From Clostridia bacterium (GTDB taxonomy: Bacteria > Bacillota > Clostridia > Christensenellales > QALW01): a stretch of 64,000 nucleotides of DNA. Position numbers and translations under genes: made by a program. Positions 8,894-18,920 of the stretch are shown in pieces (position 1 is the first letter of the stretch; each line of letters starts with the position of its first letter). The DNA lies in the NCBI GenBank assembly GCA_045600705.1, contig JAZRYL010000078.1:3699-67698 (forward strand), read 5' to 3'. Below the pieces are notes generated by a model. That model was not told the DNA's origin. It did no database searches and was given only the letters and a program-made list of their open reading frames with translations.

Positions 8894-9835
8894 TTACGTT
8901 CTCCTTAAATATAATTTGAAATTGAATTCATATTTTTTGTTTGCGGTTTGCTCACTGTGAATATCGTTTACTATTTCACTGATAGCATCGTCGCTTTCAA
9001 GACCAACGGTGGTAAGTCCCTCACAAAAGAATTCCGCTGACGGAATATTGTTTATTCCCACCACCGAAACGTCCTCAGGAACTCTTATTCCGTGCTTTCT
9101 GAAATGGTGGATAAGTCCGAATGCAATGGAGTCGTAGGAACAGAGTATTCCGTCGGGAAGTTCGTCAAGACCCATAAAATATTCGGCACTGTCAACGCCT
9201 GCCTGCTCAAAACGGAAATGACTGTTGAAGGTGCTGTACGGGGACGTTCCCTTTTGACTGAAATATTCTCTGAAATAATCTTCCTTGGTGCAGGTCAAAT
9301 CTTCACTTGCGAAACTTATTCGTTTTTTGCCGATAGATTCAAGATATTCTGCACCGATGAATACGGATTTTTTAACATTGGTGATTATTGTTCCGCTTCC
9401 CTGATGCGAGGAAAACGAAATAATGGGGGTATTGAATTTAATCAAATCGCCGTCAACGTCATCAAGACAGATTATTGCGTCGCAGGAGGGGTCGTTGATA
9501 CAGTTGATAATAATTTCACGTTTTAGCGAATTGTCGAAATCGTGATTGTAAACTATCGCCTTAGAACCTTTTTCACAGATAAGACGGTTGAACGACGAAC
9601 AGATGTTCGAGTAATAGGGACTTATTATTTCGGGTGAAATAATAGCGATTTTCAGTTCGCCCTGACGGCGGTTTTCCTTTTTTGTGCGCTTCTTTTTTTG
9701 AAAATAGCCGGATTCCTCCGCAATGCGAAGAATTTCTTTTCTTGTTTCCTCTGAAATATCGAAAGTGTTGTTCAGCGCTCTTGAAACGGTGGAAACAGAA
9801 ACGTGCGCTTCCTTTGCTATCTTTTCTAATGTCAT
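8894..9835 (-). CDS. LacI-family transcriptional regulator
   Basis: N-terminal HTH MTLEKIAKEAHVSVSTVSRALNN followed by a periplasmic-binding-protein-like sugar-binding core. Confidence 0.85.
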   Translation of the reverse strand: MTLEKIAKEAHVSVSTVSRALNNTFDISEETRKEILRIAEESGYFQKKKRTKKENRRQGELKIAIISPEIISPYYSNICSSFNRLICEKGSKAIVYNHDFDNSLKREIIINCINDPSCDAIICLDDVDGDLIKFNTPIISFSSHQGSGTIITNVKKSVFIGAEYLESIGKKRISFASEDLTCTKEDYFREYFSQKGTSPYSTFNSHFRFEQAGVDSAEYFMGLDELPDGILCSYDSIAFGLIHHFRKHGIRVPEDVSVVGINNIPSAEFFCEGLTTVGLESDDAISEIVNDIHSEQTANKKYEFNFKLYLRRT

Positions 9836-11115
9836 TTTTTATCCCTCTTGGAGATAACCGTTGAAACGAAAATAATGCACACAACGGTCAGAATTACGGA
9901 CAATATCGAAAGCAGTTGCTGTGCGTACATGGGAATACCGAATACACGGTTGCCCGCTGCCTGAACGGCACTTATAATTCCGCTGAAACCGAGGGAACCC
10001 AAGAATCCGATAAGACCTGCGGTTGCCTGCGAAATTGCAAGGGAATCGGCTCTTTTTTCGTGAGGAACGTAGGAGAAAATCAAATTGATAAGTGCCGAAT
10101 TGATTCCGCCAAGTGCAATGGAGTGGAATATGTAATAAAGTGCAAAGCAAATGATGCCCGTTTTCGGCGTTGCAAAAATAATTGAGCCGAATGCGAAAAT
10201 GGCGAATATGAAGCACCGTTGTATCATAGCGGCAAAGCCTTTTTTATCCGCATAATTTCCCCATACGGGCGAAACGAAGATACGAACGATGCTGCCTATT
10301 GACGAAAGATACATTGAGGTAGCAACGGAAAATCCAAGGTCATTTTTCTGGAAAGTTCCGTAAAATGAAACGGTTGAGGAGTTTGCTATATGCCAAATGG
10401 AAAACAGAATGGCAATGAGCAAAACGTCTTTATTCTTAAAGGTGGAAACGATTTCACCGAAAAGAGATTTCTTCTTGGAAGATGCTTCACGTTCTTCGGG
10501 TTCAACGCAAATAAGCATTGAAACGGTATGCAGAACGGAAATAACGAAAATGGAAACACCGCATATTATGAAAGCGGTTTTAAGGTCGCCTGCCGCCTTG
10601 TATTTATCAATGATATTTCCCATAACGATGGGGAATACGATTCCGGCAATAAGGGATACCATTTCTTTGAATGCGGTGAATTTGCCGCGGTTTCTGTCTT
10701 CAACCACGGACATGAGCCACGCAATCTTTTTTGGGTGCGTTACATTATATATAAAGTACGCAAGAAAAATGCAGAGCGTGAAAACGATGGGCTTTGCCGC
10801 AGACGGAATAGGTGTGAACGGAATAACGTATAACATCATAAAGAGAAACTGATTAAGAATACTCATTACGACAACGAATTTCTTCATCCGTCCTCTTCTT
10901 ATGAATATGGAGAAAAGCTGAAATAAACATCCGAGGGTGGATATGGAAGCAATGATTCCCGTTTGAGCATCGTTTATTCCGATACTGCCGGTCAAGGTTG
11001 CCAAAAAGGTGCTTTGACAAAGTAATGCGATAAGGTATTCAAGTGTTGCTTCTGCGATGTATGCTCCTCGGCTTACCTTGTATTTTGCGGTGTTCATAAT
11101 ATTTGTGTTTTCCAT
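9832..11115 (-). CDS. MFS transporter
   Basis: About 12 predicted TM helices. The stop overlaps the lacI-family start in an ATGA overlap. ATG at 11115 is preceded by AGAGG, and the ORF-track start at 11193 is probably an over-extension. Confidence 0.7.
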   Translation of the reverse strand: MENTNIMNTAKYKVSRGAYIAEATLEYLIALLCQSTFLATLTGSIGINDAQTGIIASISTLGCLFQLFSIFIRRGRMKKFVVVMSILNQFLFMMLYVIPFTPIPSAAKPIVFTLCIFLAYFIYNVTHPKKIAWLMSVVEDRNRGKFTAFKEMVSLIAGIVFPIVMGNIIDKYKAAGDLKTAFIICGVSIFVISVLHTVSMLICVEPEEREASSKKKSLFGEIVSTFKNKDVLLIAILFSIWHIANSSTVSFYGTFQKNDLGFSVATSMYLSSIGSIVRIFVSPVWGNYADKKGFAAMIQRCFIFAIFAFGSIIFATPKTGIICFALYYIFHSIALGGINSALINLIFSYVPHEKRADSLAISQATAGLIGFLGSLGFSGIISAVQAAGNRVFGIPMYAQQLLSILSVILTVVCIIFVSTVISKRDKK

Positions 11116-11240
11116 TTTTTTTGCCTCTGTACGTGATTTTGATTGTATTTTTGAACCATTCCTTATTATAATACATGCCATATTATAAGTCAATCATATA
11201 GACCTAATCAAAAAATTTATTTTTTTTTATAAAAAAATGC

Positions 11241-11269
11241 TTGACAGTTATATGGATATGTTGTATTAT
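11241..11269 (+). promoter_or_regulatory. Sigma-A type promoter (TTGACA-17-TATTAT)
   Basis: Consensus -35 at 11241-11246 and a near-consensus -10 at 11264-11269. Confidence 0.6.
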
Positions 11270-11328
11270 ATGCCCATAAGAAATCACTTTAGCACATTAA
11301 AGTGATAAATTAGAAAAGAGGAAAAGTT

Positions 11329-12117
11329 ATGAAAAAGTTTTTAGTTTTGCTTGTTGCAGGTGTTATGGCTTGCACGATGTTCGCAGGATGCGGAGAGAAA
11401 AAGACAGAGGCTGCTGATTCCGATTATATTAAGGAAAGAGGCAAGCTTGTTGTAGGTGTTACCGATTTCGAACCCATGGATTATCAGAAGGACGGCAAGT
11501 GGGTAGGCTTTGATGCTGATATGGCTGCCGCTTTTGCAAAGAGCCTCGGTGTTGAAGTTGAATTTGTTGAAATCGACTGGGACAACAAAGTATTTGAACT
11601 TAACAACAAGAACATTGACTGCGTTTGGAACGGTATGACACTCGGCGACGAAGTTATGGCTGCTATGGAATGTTCAAACGCTTATTGCGACAACGCACAG
11701 GTAGTTGTTGTAAAGAAAGACAAGGCAGATGCAATTAAAGCCGCTGCAGATTGCGCATCATTTAAGTTTGCCGTTGAAGCAGGCTCAGCAGGTGAAGACC
11801 AGTGCAAAGAAAACAATTTTGAATATGTTACCGTAACCGCTCAGGCTGATGCTCTTACTGAAGTTAAATCCGGTACAAGCGATGCAGCAGTTATCGACTC
11901 CTTGATGGCTGCGGCAATGGTTGGCGAAGGCACCGGCTATGCAGACCTTGCTTACACAGTTGCACTTAACAGCGAACAGTACGGTGTTGGCTTCAGAAAA
12001 GGTTCTGACCTTGCTAAAAAGCTTAACGAATTCTTCGTTGCTTCCTACAAGGACGGCTCAATGGTAAAATGCGCTGAAGAATACGGCGTTCAGGCTGCAC
12101 TTATCGAACAGAAATAA
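11329..12117 (+). CDS. Amino-acid ABC transporter substrate-binding lipoprotein
   Basis: A lipobox (MFAGC) follows the signal peptide. The layout is a family-3 solute-binding protein (KLVVGVTDFEPMDY..., GVGFRKGS). Confidence 0.8.
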   Translation: MKKFLVLLVAGVMACTMFAGCGEKKTEAADSDYIKERGKLVVGVTDFEPMDYQKDGKWVGFDADMAAAFAKSLGVEVEFVEIDWDNKVFELNNKNIDCVWNGMTLGDEVMAAMECSNAYCDNAQVVVVKKDKADAIKAAADCASFKFAVEAGSAGEDQCKENNFEYVTVTAQADALTEVKSGTSDAAVIDSLMAAAMVGEGTGYADLAYTVALNSEQYGVGFRKGSDLAKKLNEFFVASYKDGSMVKCAEEYGVQAALIEQK

Positions 12118-12156
12118 TTTACAAAGTCAACAATTAACATTACAGGGAGCGGTTAT

Positions 12157-12900
12157 ATGCCGTTCTCTGTTTTGTGCGTATATAAGGGAATGTTTATGGA
12201 ACAAGTTTTAACTGTATTACAAGCACTGAACGAAGGCTTTCTTGCAACGCTCAAACTGTTCGGAATAACGCTTGTGGGTGCAATTCCGTTGGGACTAATA
12301 ATTGCACTCGGCTCAATATCAAATTTCAAACCGCTGAGATACGTTACAAGAGTTTTCGTATGGATTATAAGAGGAACACCGCTGATGCTTCAGCTTATCA
12401 TCATATTCTATGGCCCCGGAATGCTTAACAATGCCATAATTGCGGCGTCCGGCACCGATTTGGGACTCGGATGGGGCGGAAGCGATGCAAGCAGATTTTG
12501 GGCTTCGGCAGTGGCGTTTATTATTAACTATGCCTGCTATTTCTCGGAAATATACCGCGGCGGAATAGAAAGTATTCCGAAAGGACAGTGGGAAGCGGGA
12601 CAGGTACTGGGACTCACCAAAGCGACTATTTTCTTCCGTATTGTGCTTAAACAGGTAGTAAAAAGGGTAATTCCGCCTATGAGCAACGAAATAATTACTC
12701 TTGTAAAGGACACGTCACTTGCAAGAATTATTTCCATGCAGGAACTTATACACGCAGGATATTCGTTCTTAAAGGGAAGCCACGGCATTTCGGGACTTAT
12801 GTGGCCCTTGTTCGCAACGGGTGCATATTACCTGCTGTTCAGCGGAATTCTGACGATACTGTTCAACAAACTCGAAAAGAAATTAAGTTATTTCTCCTGA
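12157..12900 (+). CDS. Amino-acid ABC transporter permease
   Basis: Polar amino-acid permease family with an EAA-like loop (KGQWEAGQVLGLTKATIFFRIVLKQ). The start is ambiguous: 12157, 12190 or 12196. Confidence 0.8.
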   Translation: MPFSVLCVYKGMFMEQVLTVLQALNEGFLATLKLFGITLVGAIPLGLIIALGSISNFKPLRYVTRVFVWIIRGTPLMLQLIIIFYGPGMLNNAIIAASGTDLGLGWGGSDASRFWASAVAFIINYACYFSEIYRGGIESIPKGQWEAGQVLGLTKATIFFRIVLKQVVKRVIPPMSNEIITLVKDTSLARIISMQELIHAGYSFLKGSHGISGLMWPLFATGAYYLLFSGILTILFNKLEKKLSYFS

Positions 12901-12909
12901 GGTGATACT

Positions 12910-13659
12910 GTGGCTATTCTTGAAGTTAAAAATCTTAAAAAGAGCTTCGGAAAAATAGAGGTTCTTAAAAATATCAGCTTTTCTCTTGAAAAGGGAGAGG
13001 TGCTTTCCATTATCGGCTCGTCGGGAAGCGGAAAGACTACGCTTTTGCGTTGCCTTAACTTCCTTGAATTTGCGGAAGAAGGTATAATTTCCGTAAAAGG
13101 GCAGACAATTTATAACGGTATCGAAAAAAATAATATGAAGGAAAACGTGCTTCGTGAAAACAGACTTCATTTCGGACTTGTGTTTCAGCAGTTTAACCTT
13201 TTCCCTCAGTACACGGTTATGGATAATATAATGCTTGCACCCAAATTGCTTAAAAGAGGTTCGGACGACGAAATACGTCAAAAGGCACTTGCACTTGTGG
13301 AACGTGTGGGACTTACCGAACGCAAAGATGCTTATCCCTGCACGCTTTCGGGCGGTCAGCAGCAGCGTGTGGCGATTGCACGTGCTTTGGCACTTAATCC
13401 CGACATTCTTTGCTTTGACGAACCTACAAGCGCTCTTGACCCCGAACTTACCGGCGAAGTGCTTAAGGTTATAAGAGGACTTAAAAGTTCCGATTCCACA
13501 ATGATTGTGGTAACTCACGAAATGCAATTCGCAAAAGAGGTTTCCGACAAGGTCATTTTCATGGCAGACGGAAAAATCGAGGAATTCGGTACTCCAACCG
13601 AAGTGTTCGACAATCCGCAAAGCGAACGGCTTAAAGCATTTTTGTCAAATTCCTTATAA
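12910..13659 (+). CDS. Amino-acid ABC transporter ATP-binding protein
   Basis: Walker A GSSGSGKTT, signature LSGGQQQRVAIARAL, Walker B ILCFDEPTSALD. The GTG start is preceded by GAGGTGA. Confidence 0.9.
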   Translation: MAILEVKNLKKSFGKIEVLKNISFSLEKGEVLSIIGSSGSGKTTLLRCLNFLEFAEEGIISVKGQTIYNGIEKNNMKENVLRENRLHFGLVFQQFNLFPQYTVMDNIMLAPKLLKRGSDDEIRQKALALVERVGLTERKDAYPCTLSGGQQQRVAIARALALNPDILCFDEPTSALDPELTGEVLKVIRGLKSSDSTMIVVTHEMQFAKEVSDKVIFMADGKIEEFGTPTEVFDNPQSERLKAFLSNSL

Positions 13660-13663
13660 CCGT

Positions 13664-13693
13664 TTGACAAAAGTCGGACAAAACGAGTATAAT
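13664..13693 (+). promoter_or_regulatory. Sigma-A type promoter (TTGACA-18-TATAAT)
   Basis: Consensus hexamers lie 30 nt upstream of the asnS Shine-Dalgarno. The leader is too short for a T-box. Confidence 0.65.
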
Positions 13694-13721
13694 ACTGTAT
13701 TATATGTTTGGAGGTTAAATT

Positions 13722-15104
13722 ATGAAAACCGATATAGTAAAAGATATATTCGGCTCTATGGAAGAAAAGCACGTTAAAATCGCAGGATGGGTGCGTACCA
13801 TAAGAGCTTCCAAGGATTTTGGTTTTATTGAACTCAATGACGGTACTACACAGAAAAATATTCAGATAGTTTTTGATAAATCTCTTGATAATTTTGACGT
13901 GGTGGAAAAACAAAACGTTTCCGCATGCCTTATTATTGAAGGCGACGTAGTTCTTACGCCGGATGCCCGTCAGCCCCTTGAAATCAGAGCAACGAACATT
14001 ATCGTTCACGGCGAAAGCACACCCGACTTCCCCATTCAAAAGAAGAAACATTCATTTGAATATCTCCGTTCGGTGGCACATCTTCGTCCGAGAACAAATA
14101 CTTTCACGGCTGTGTTCCGTGTTCGCTCCGTTTTGACCTTTGCAATTCATCAGTTCTTGCAGGAAAACGGCTTCGTATATGTTGCAACACCCTGCGTTAC
14201 CACAAGTGACTGCGAGGGCGCAGGCGAAGTGTTCCGCATTTCCACTATGGACGTTGACAATCCGCCGAGAAAAGAAGACGGCTCAGTTGACTGGTCAAAG
14301 GATTTCTTCGGCAAGCAGGCATTTATGACAGTTAGCGGTCAGCTTAACGTTGAACCCTTTTGCTGGGGCTTCAGAAAAGTTTATACTTTCGGTCCTTGCT
14401 TCAGAGCAGAAAACAGCAATACTCCCCGTCACGCCGCTGAGTTCTGGCAGGTTGAACCCGAAATGGCTTTTGCCGACCTTAACGACTTGATGGATACTAT
14501 CGAGGCACTTTCCAAATACGTTATCAAGTATGTGCTTGAACATTGCCCCGATGAACTTGAATTTTTCGATAAGTTTATGGAAAAAGGTCTTATCGAAAAA
14601 CTTCATCATACTGTTGAAAGCGACTTTGCACGTGTTCCCTACCGTGAAGCACTTAAAATCCTCAACGAAAGCGGTGTTGATTTCGACATTCCCGCAGAAT
14701 GGGGAACAGGTATTCAGACCGAACACGAAAAATATCTTGCCGACGTGGTTTATAAGCGCCCCGTATTCGTTACGGACTATCCGAAGGAGTGCAAAAGCTT
14801 CTATATGCGCCTGAACGACGACAACGAAACCGTTGCCGCAACCGACCTTCTTTTCCCCGGCTTGGGCGAAATCGTAGGTTCTTCACAGCGTGAAGAAAGA
14901 TATGACGTTTTAATGAAACGTGTAAACGAACTCGGACTTAACCCCGAAGATTATTCATGGTATCTTGACCTTCGCAAGTACGGTTCCTGCCAACATTCGG
15001 GATTCGGTATGGGCGTTGAAAGAATGATGCGTTACATTACCGGCATGGAAAATATCCGTGACGTAATTCCTTATCCCAGAACACCCAATTCAGCAGAATT
15101 CTAA
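13722..15104 (+). CDS. asnS: Asparaginyl-tRNA synthetase
   Basis: Class II aaRS with an OB-fold N-terminus ([25 protein letters not shown]) and the AsnRS block [24 protein letters not shown]. The C-terminus is GFGMGVERM. Confidence 0.9.
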   Translation: MKTDIVKDIFGSMEEKHVKIAGWVRTIRASKDFGFIELNDGTTQKNIQIVFDKSLDNFDVVEKQNVSACLIIEGDVVLTPDARQPLEIRATNIIVHGESTPDFPIQKKKHSFEYLRSVAHLRPRTNTFTAVFRVRSVLTFAIHQFLQENGFVYVATPCVTTSDCEGAGEVFRISTMDVDNPPRKEDGSVDWSKDFFGKQAFMTVSGQLNVEPFCWGFRKVYTFGPCFRAENSNTPRHAAEFWQVEPEMAFADLNDLMDTIEALSKYVIKYVLEHCPDELEFFDKFMEKGLIEKLHHTVESDFARVPYREALKILNESGVDFDIPAEWGTGIQTEHEKYLADVVYKRPVFVTDYPKECKSFYMRLNDDNETVAATDLLFPGLGEIVGSSQREERYDVLMKRVNELGLNPEDYSWYLDLRKYGSCQHSGFGMGVERMMRYITGMENIRDVIPYPRTPNSAEF

Positions 15105-15114
15105 AAAATATATG

Positions 15115-15146
15115 AGAGCGATTGATTTCTTAATCGCTCTTTTTTA
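15115..15146 (+). terminator. Intrinsic terminator
   Basis: AGAGCGATT ... AATCGCTCT followed by TTTTT. Confidence 0.8.
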
Positions 15147-15163
15147 TAAATAAGAGGAAAAAT

Positions 15164-15835
15164 ATGCGACTTATATTTATTCGCCACGGCGAACCGAATT
15201 ATCAACTTGACTGCTTGACCGAAACGGGAAAATTACAGGCGCAGGCGGCGGCAGAAAGATTGAAAGAAGAAAATATTGATGTGATTTATGCTTCTACCAT
15301 GGGCAGAGCAACCGAAACCGCAAGTTATACCGCAAAACTTCTTGATAAAGAAATAATTCCCGTAGATTTTATCCGTGAAGCAAGGTGTATTAACAGGGAA
15401 GCAAAGGACACCAAATATGTGGGAAATATAGAAAACATCTCACATACCGTTATATCGGAAAACGGAGATATTTTTGATGAAAACTGGCTTGACACCGTGC
15501 CTTATGAGCAAACGCTTTTGCTTCAAAGCGCGCCGATTGTGTTAAACGGCATAGATGACTTTTTGCTTGAATTAGGCTATAAGCACGAGGGAAAATACTT
15601 TCGTTGCATAAAGGAAAACGACGATACCGTGGCGGTATTCTGCCATGCTAACTCATCACGAATCGCAATTTCAAGAATATTCGGAGTTCCGTTCCCGTTT
15701 GTTGCGGCAACGGCAGAACCGCAATTTACCGCAATATCGGTGCTTGATTTCTACAATAATTCGGGCGAACTGTTTTTGCCGAAAATTGAAATCTTTAACG
15801 ATTCAAGACATATTAAGAATATTGAGAACACTTGA
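15164..15835 (+). CDS. Histidine phosphatase (phosphoglycerate mutase) family protein
   Basis: N-terminal RHG motif (LIFIRHGEPN) and a later H in VFCHANS. Confidence 0.75.
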   Translation: MRLIFIRHGEPNYQLDCLTETGKLQAQAAAERLKEENIDVIYASTMGRATETASYTAKLLDKEIIPVDFIREARCINREAKDTKYVGNIENISHTVISENGDIFDENWLDTVPYEQTLLLQSAPIVLNGIDDFLLELGYKHEGKYFRCIKENDDTVAVFCHANSSRIAISRIFGVPFPFVAATAEPQFTAISVLDFYNNSGELFLPKIEIFNDSRHIKNIENT

Positions 15836-15852
15836 CCAAGTGTTCTTTTTTT
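15825..15852 (+). terminator. Intrinsic terminator overlapping the stop codon
   Basis: AGAACACTT, loop GACC, AAGTGTTCT, then TTTTTT. Confidence 0.8.
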
Positions 15853-15951
15853 ATAAAAAGAGCAATATTTGTCTAAAAAATATATATATTCGTCTTGAAA
15901 TGACGGGAAAAAGGTATTATACTATACATATAAAGTTTTGGAGGATTTTCT

Positions 15952-16680
15952 ATGAAATACGGATTACAACTTTATTCGCTTCGTGACGATACAAAAATCG
16001 ACCATTTGGGAACGCTCAAAAAGGTTGCCGAAATGGGATATGAAAACGTTGAATTTGCCGGCTACTACGGTATGAACGGCAAGGAAATGAAAGACTATCT
16101 TGATTCCTTGGGGATGAAAGCAATTTCTTCGCATTTGGGATATAATTGCTTCACCGACCACTTTAAGGAAGAAGTAGAATTCAACCACGCAGTGGGAAAC
16201 GATACTATCGTGCTTGCCTATTACGGAATAAAAACGATTGAGGATGCAAAAAGGTCCGTTGACGAAATTGGAAAAATGGCAGATGCGTTTATAAAAGAGG
16301 GATTTAAGTTCGGCTATCACAATCACGCATTTGAATTTGCTCCGCTTGACGATAACGGCACTTGCGGAATGGATTACATTCGCACCATTCAAAACGTAAA
16401 ACTTCAGCCTGACGTTTTCTGGGTGAAGACGGCAGGACTTGACCCCGTAAAATTTATTAAAGAAAACGCAGGAAAAATTCTTGCGGTTCACATGAAAGAA
16501 TACGGCACTGACGGATTTAACGTTGAATTCGGCAACGGTGTTCTTCCGTGGAAAGAAATTGTGGCAGAAGCAGAAAAAGCAGGTGCAACAATGGGCATTA
16601 TCGAGCAGGAACAGTATACCTGCCCGCCTATTGAAAGCGTAAAAATCTGTGCTGAAAATCTTAAAAAAATATTTGGATAA
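15952..16680 (+). CDS. Sugar phosphate isomerase/epimerase (xylose isomerase-like TIM barrel)
   Basis: MKYGLQLYSLRD... and the HNHAFEF metal-site pattern are typical of the AP-endonuclease 2 / xylose-isomerase-like TIM family. Confidence 0.65.
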   Translation: MKYGLQLYSLRDDTKIDHLGTLKKVAEMGYENVEFAGYYGMNGKEMKDYLDSLGMKAISSHLGYNCFTDHFKEEVEFNHAVGNDTIVLAYYGIKTIEDAKRSVDEIGKMADAFIKEGFKFGYHNHAFEFAPLDDNGTCGMDYIRTIQNVKLQPDVFWVKTAGLDPVKFIKENAGKILAVHMKEYGTDGFNVEFGNGVLPWKEIVAEAEKAGATMGIIEQEQYTCPPIESVKICAENLKKIFG

Positions 16681-16695
16681 TAAAGGAGAATTATT

Positions 16696-17661
16696 ATGAA
16701 ATTAGGTGTTTTAACAGTTCCGCTTTACGACAGAAGTTTTGAAGAGGCTCTTAAATGGCTCAGCGAAAGAAACGTGCATACTCTTGAAGTAGGCAACGGC
16801 GGTTTCCCCGGAAACGACCACATCAATCCCGTTGATTATCTCGGCAAGCCCGAAAAAATTCAGGAATTAAAAGATTTGCTTAAAAAGTACGATATGACCA
16901 TTGCCGCACTTTCCTGCCACGGAAACTGCGTTCATCCCGACAAGGAAATTGCCGCAAAATTCCAGAACGATTTTGAAAAAACCGTTCTTATGGCTGAACA
17001 ACTCGGTGTTGATACTATCGTAACGTTCTCCGGCTGCCCCGGCGGTTCAAAGGATGACAAGACTCCCAACTGGGTAACCTGCTCATGGCCCGAAGATTAT
17101 ACAAAAATCCTCGACTATCAGTGGAATGAAGTGCTTATTCCTTATTGGAAAGAAGCAGTTAAATATGCAAATGCTCACGGCGTAAAGAAAATCGCTCTTG
17201 AAATGCACCCCGGCTTCTGCGTATATAACACAACGTCACTTCTTCGTCTTCGTGAAGCAGTCGGCGACACTATCGGCGCAAACTTCGACCCCAGCCATCT
17301 TCTTTGGCAGGGAATGGACCCTGCAGAAGCAGTTCGTTTCCTCGGCAAGGCAATTTACCACGTTCACGCAAAAGACACTGTTCTTGATGAAGCAAATATT
17401 CAGAAAATGGGTGTTCTTTCCACAGGCCATTATTCCGACGTATTGAACCGTCCTTGGACTTTCAGAACAGTCGGCTACGGCACAGACGATGCAGTTTGGA
17501 AGAAGTTCATCAGTATGCTTCGTATGGTTGGCTATGACGGAGTTCTTTCTATCGAACACGAGGATATGTTTATGTCCGTTGAAGAAGGTCTTGAAAAAGC
17601 AATTACTTTCTTGCAGGAAATTATGCCTACTGAGCCTATGGGCGAAATGTGGTGGGCATAA
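16696..17661 (+). CDS. Sugar phosphate isomerase/epimerase (xylose isomerase-like TIM barrel)
   Basis: Family-typical blocks IALEMHPG, NFDPSHLLWQG and SIEHED. It lies 15 nt downstream of the previous TIM-barrel gene. Confidence 0.65.
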   Translation: MKLGVLTVPLYDRSFEEALKWLSERNVHTLEVGNGGFPGNDHINPVDYLGKPEKIQELKDLLKKYDMTIAALSCHGNCVHPDKEIAAKFQNDFEKTVLMAEQLGVDTIVTFSGCPGGSKDDKTPNWVTCSWPEDYTKILDYQWNEVLIPYWKEAVKYANAHGVKKIALEMHPGFCVYNTTSLLRLREAVGDTIGANFDPSHLLWQGMDPAEAVRFLGKAIYHVHAKDTVLDEANIQKMGVLSTGHYSDVLNRPWTFRTVGYGTDDAVWKKFISMLRMVGYDGVLSIEHEDMFMSVEEGLEKAITFLQEIMPTEPMGEMWWA

Positions 17662-17689
17662 GTCCGTTGCATAAATTGTTATGCTAAAT

Positions 17690-17724
17690 AAAAAATCGGC
17701 ATTTTCACAATGCCGATTTTTTTA
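17690..17724. terminator. Bidirectional intrinsic terminator
   Basis: 10-bp stem AATCGGCATT / AATGCCGATT, with an A-run 5' and a T-run 3'. Confidence 0.85.
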
Positions 17725-17762
17725 TCTGAACTACTTTTTTTATCTAAATCAAATTTCGGAGT

Positions 17763-18920
17763 TTATTTCTTCTTCTTTTTTTTTGCCACAGCAACGGCAA
17801 CACCGCAACCTGCAACTGCTGCTGCGCCTGCACCCGCTACAACGGGAACAACGGGGAAGTTGCCCTTTGTTTCCTTTTCGGCAACGACTTCCGGGGTAAC
17901 CTCGGGTGCTTCGGTAACTTCCGGTGCATCAAGTACTTTCTTTATTTCTTCCGCAACGTACTTTGCCGCCATATCGTGACCAACTTCTTCAAGATGTAAG
18001 CCGTCTGCGGTGGGACAATCGTTCAAAGCGGTGCTTTCAATCAAATAAAGTTTACTGTCGCTTGATTTTGCAATGTTTACCGCATTGTGAACAGCATCTT
18101 TCATACGCTCATGGGTGGGTACCATTGCAAAAATAATTGTATCGGGATAGCATTCTCTTAACTTTTGATAGAACGAAATTGCAGTGGTGGTGTAAAGCGC
18201 ATCCGGAACCTTGTGATTACTGTCGTTTGCACCCAAGTTGATAACAATTATGTCGGGCACGTAAAGCGATGTGTCCCAATTATCGTAGACCTGCTTTGCA
18301 TTATCCGAACTGTATTCTTCTTTGTAAAAATATCTGCTTATCATTCCGATAGTATCGGGATTGCCGTAACCGGGTGTCATGGTAATTCCGCCGAATGCAA
18401 CGATATTGCGTTCAAAACCGAGAATGTCCGCCGTCTTCGTACCGTAGGAAATAACCGAACTGTTCACACCGGATTTAACGTAGCCTTCAAGAATGGAGTC
18501 ACCGATAAATTCAATTGTTTTGTTATTATCGGGTTTCAAGAATTCGCCGTCGCAGATAAATCCCGCAACGGTGGGGTGTGAATTTTGCGACGGAGCATAA
18601 ATCCTAACGGTATGCTCGCCGGCTTCAAGATTTTCTACAAATTGCTTTGAGGACAGGGGAATAAAAGACTTTTCACCGCCGTCGACGGAAACATAAACGT
18701 TTCCGTAGCAGCCCTTTGCACAGCGAAGAGTTGTTCCCGAAAATTTTACGACGATTTCGCCTTCAAAATAGCCGACCTTTGCGCCTTTGTCATTTTCAAC
18801 CCAACGGCCTACATAGCGAATGTTTTCGTTATCCGCAGATATTTCCGTTTCGCTTTGGGCGGAAACGCAAATGGGAAAACACAAAATAAACGCAACTAAT
18901 AAAACAAGTATTTTCAACAT
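17763..18920 (-). CDS. Surface-anchored SGNH/GDSL carbohydrate esterase (CE2-like)
   Basis: Signal peptide, N-terminal beta-sandwich-like region, GDS block (IEFIGDSILEGY) and DxxH block (DGLHLEEVGH). A PEVT-rich linker leads to a C-terminal hydrophobic helix ending KKKKKK. Confidence 0.6.
   Translation of the reverse strand: MLKILVLLVAFILCFPICVSAQSETEISADNENIRYVGRWVENDKGAKVGYFEGEIVVKFSGTTLRCAKGCYGNVYVSVDGGEKSFIPLSSKQFVENLEAGEHTVRIYAPSQNSHPTVAGFICDGEFLKPDNNKTIEFIGDSILEGYVKSGVNSSVISYGTKTADILGFERNIVAFGGITMTPGYGNPDTIGMISRYFYKEEYSSDNAKQVYDNWDTSLYVPDIIVINLGANDSNHKVPDALYTTTAISFYQKLRECYPDTIIFAMVPTHERMKDAVHNAVNIAKSSDSKLYLIESTALNDCPTADGLHLEEVGHDMAAKYVAEEIKKVLDAPEVTEAPEVTPEVVAEKETKGNFPVVPVVAGAGAAAVAGCGVAVAVAKKKKKK

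Noticed and set aside
12883-13620. A 245-aa minus-strand ORF. Similar long antisense ORFs lie at 26509-27471, 32840-33691, 47733-48488 and 13515-14051.
   Set aside because: All lie fully antisense to genes with strong family motifs (ABC ATPase, LicD/GT4, GH36, GH116, AsnRS). Their F/K/N/C-rich compositions are typical of shadow frames, and they lack Shine-Dalgarno sequences.
17710-17979. An 89-aa plus-strand ORF with poly-F and A/T-rich repeats.
   Set aside because: It is the antisense shadow of the poly-lysine tail, the TM helix and the PEVT linker of the esterase gene on the minus strand.
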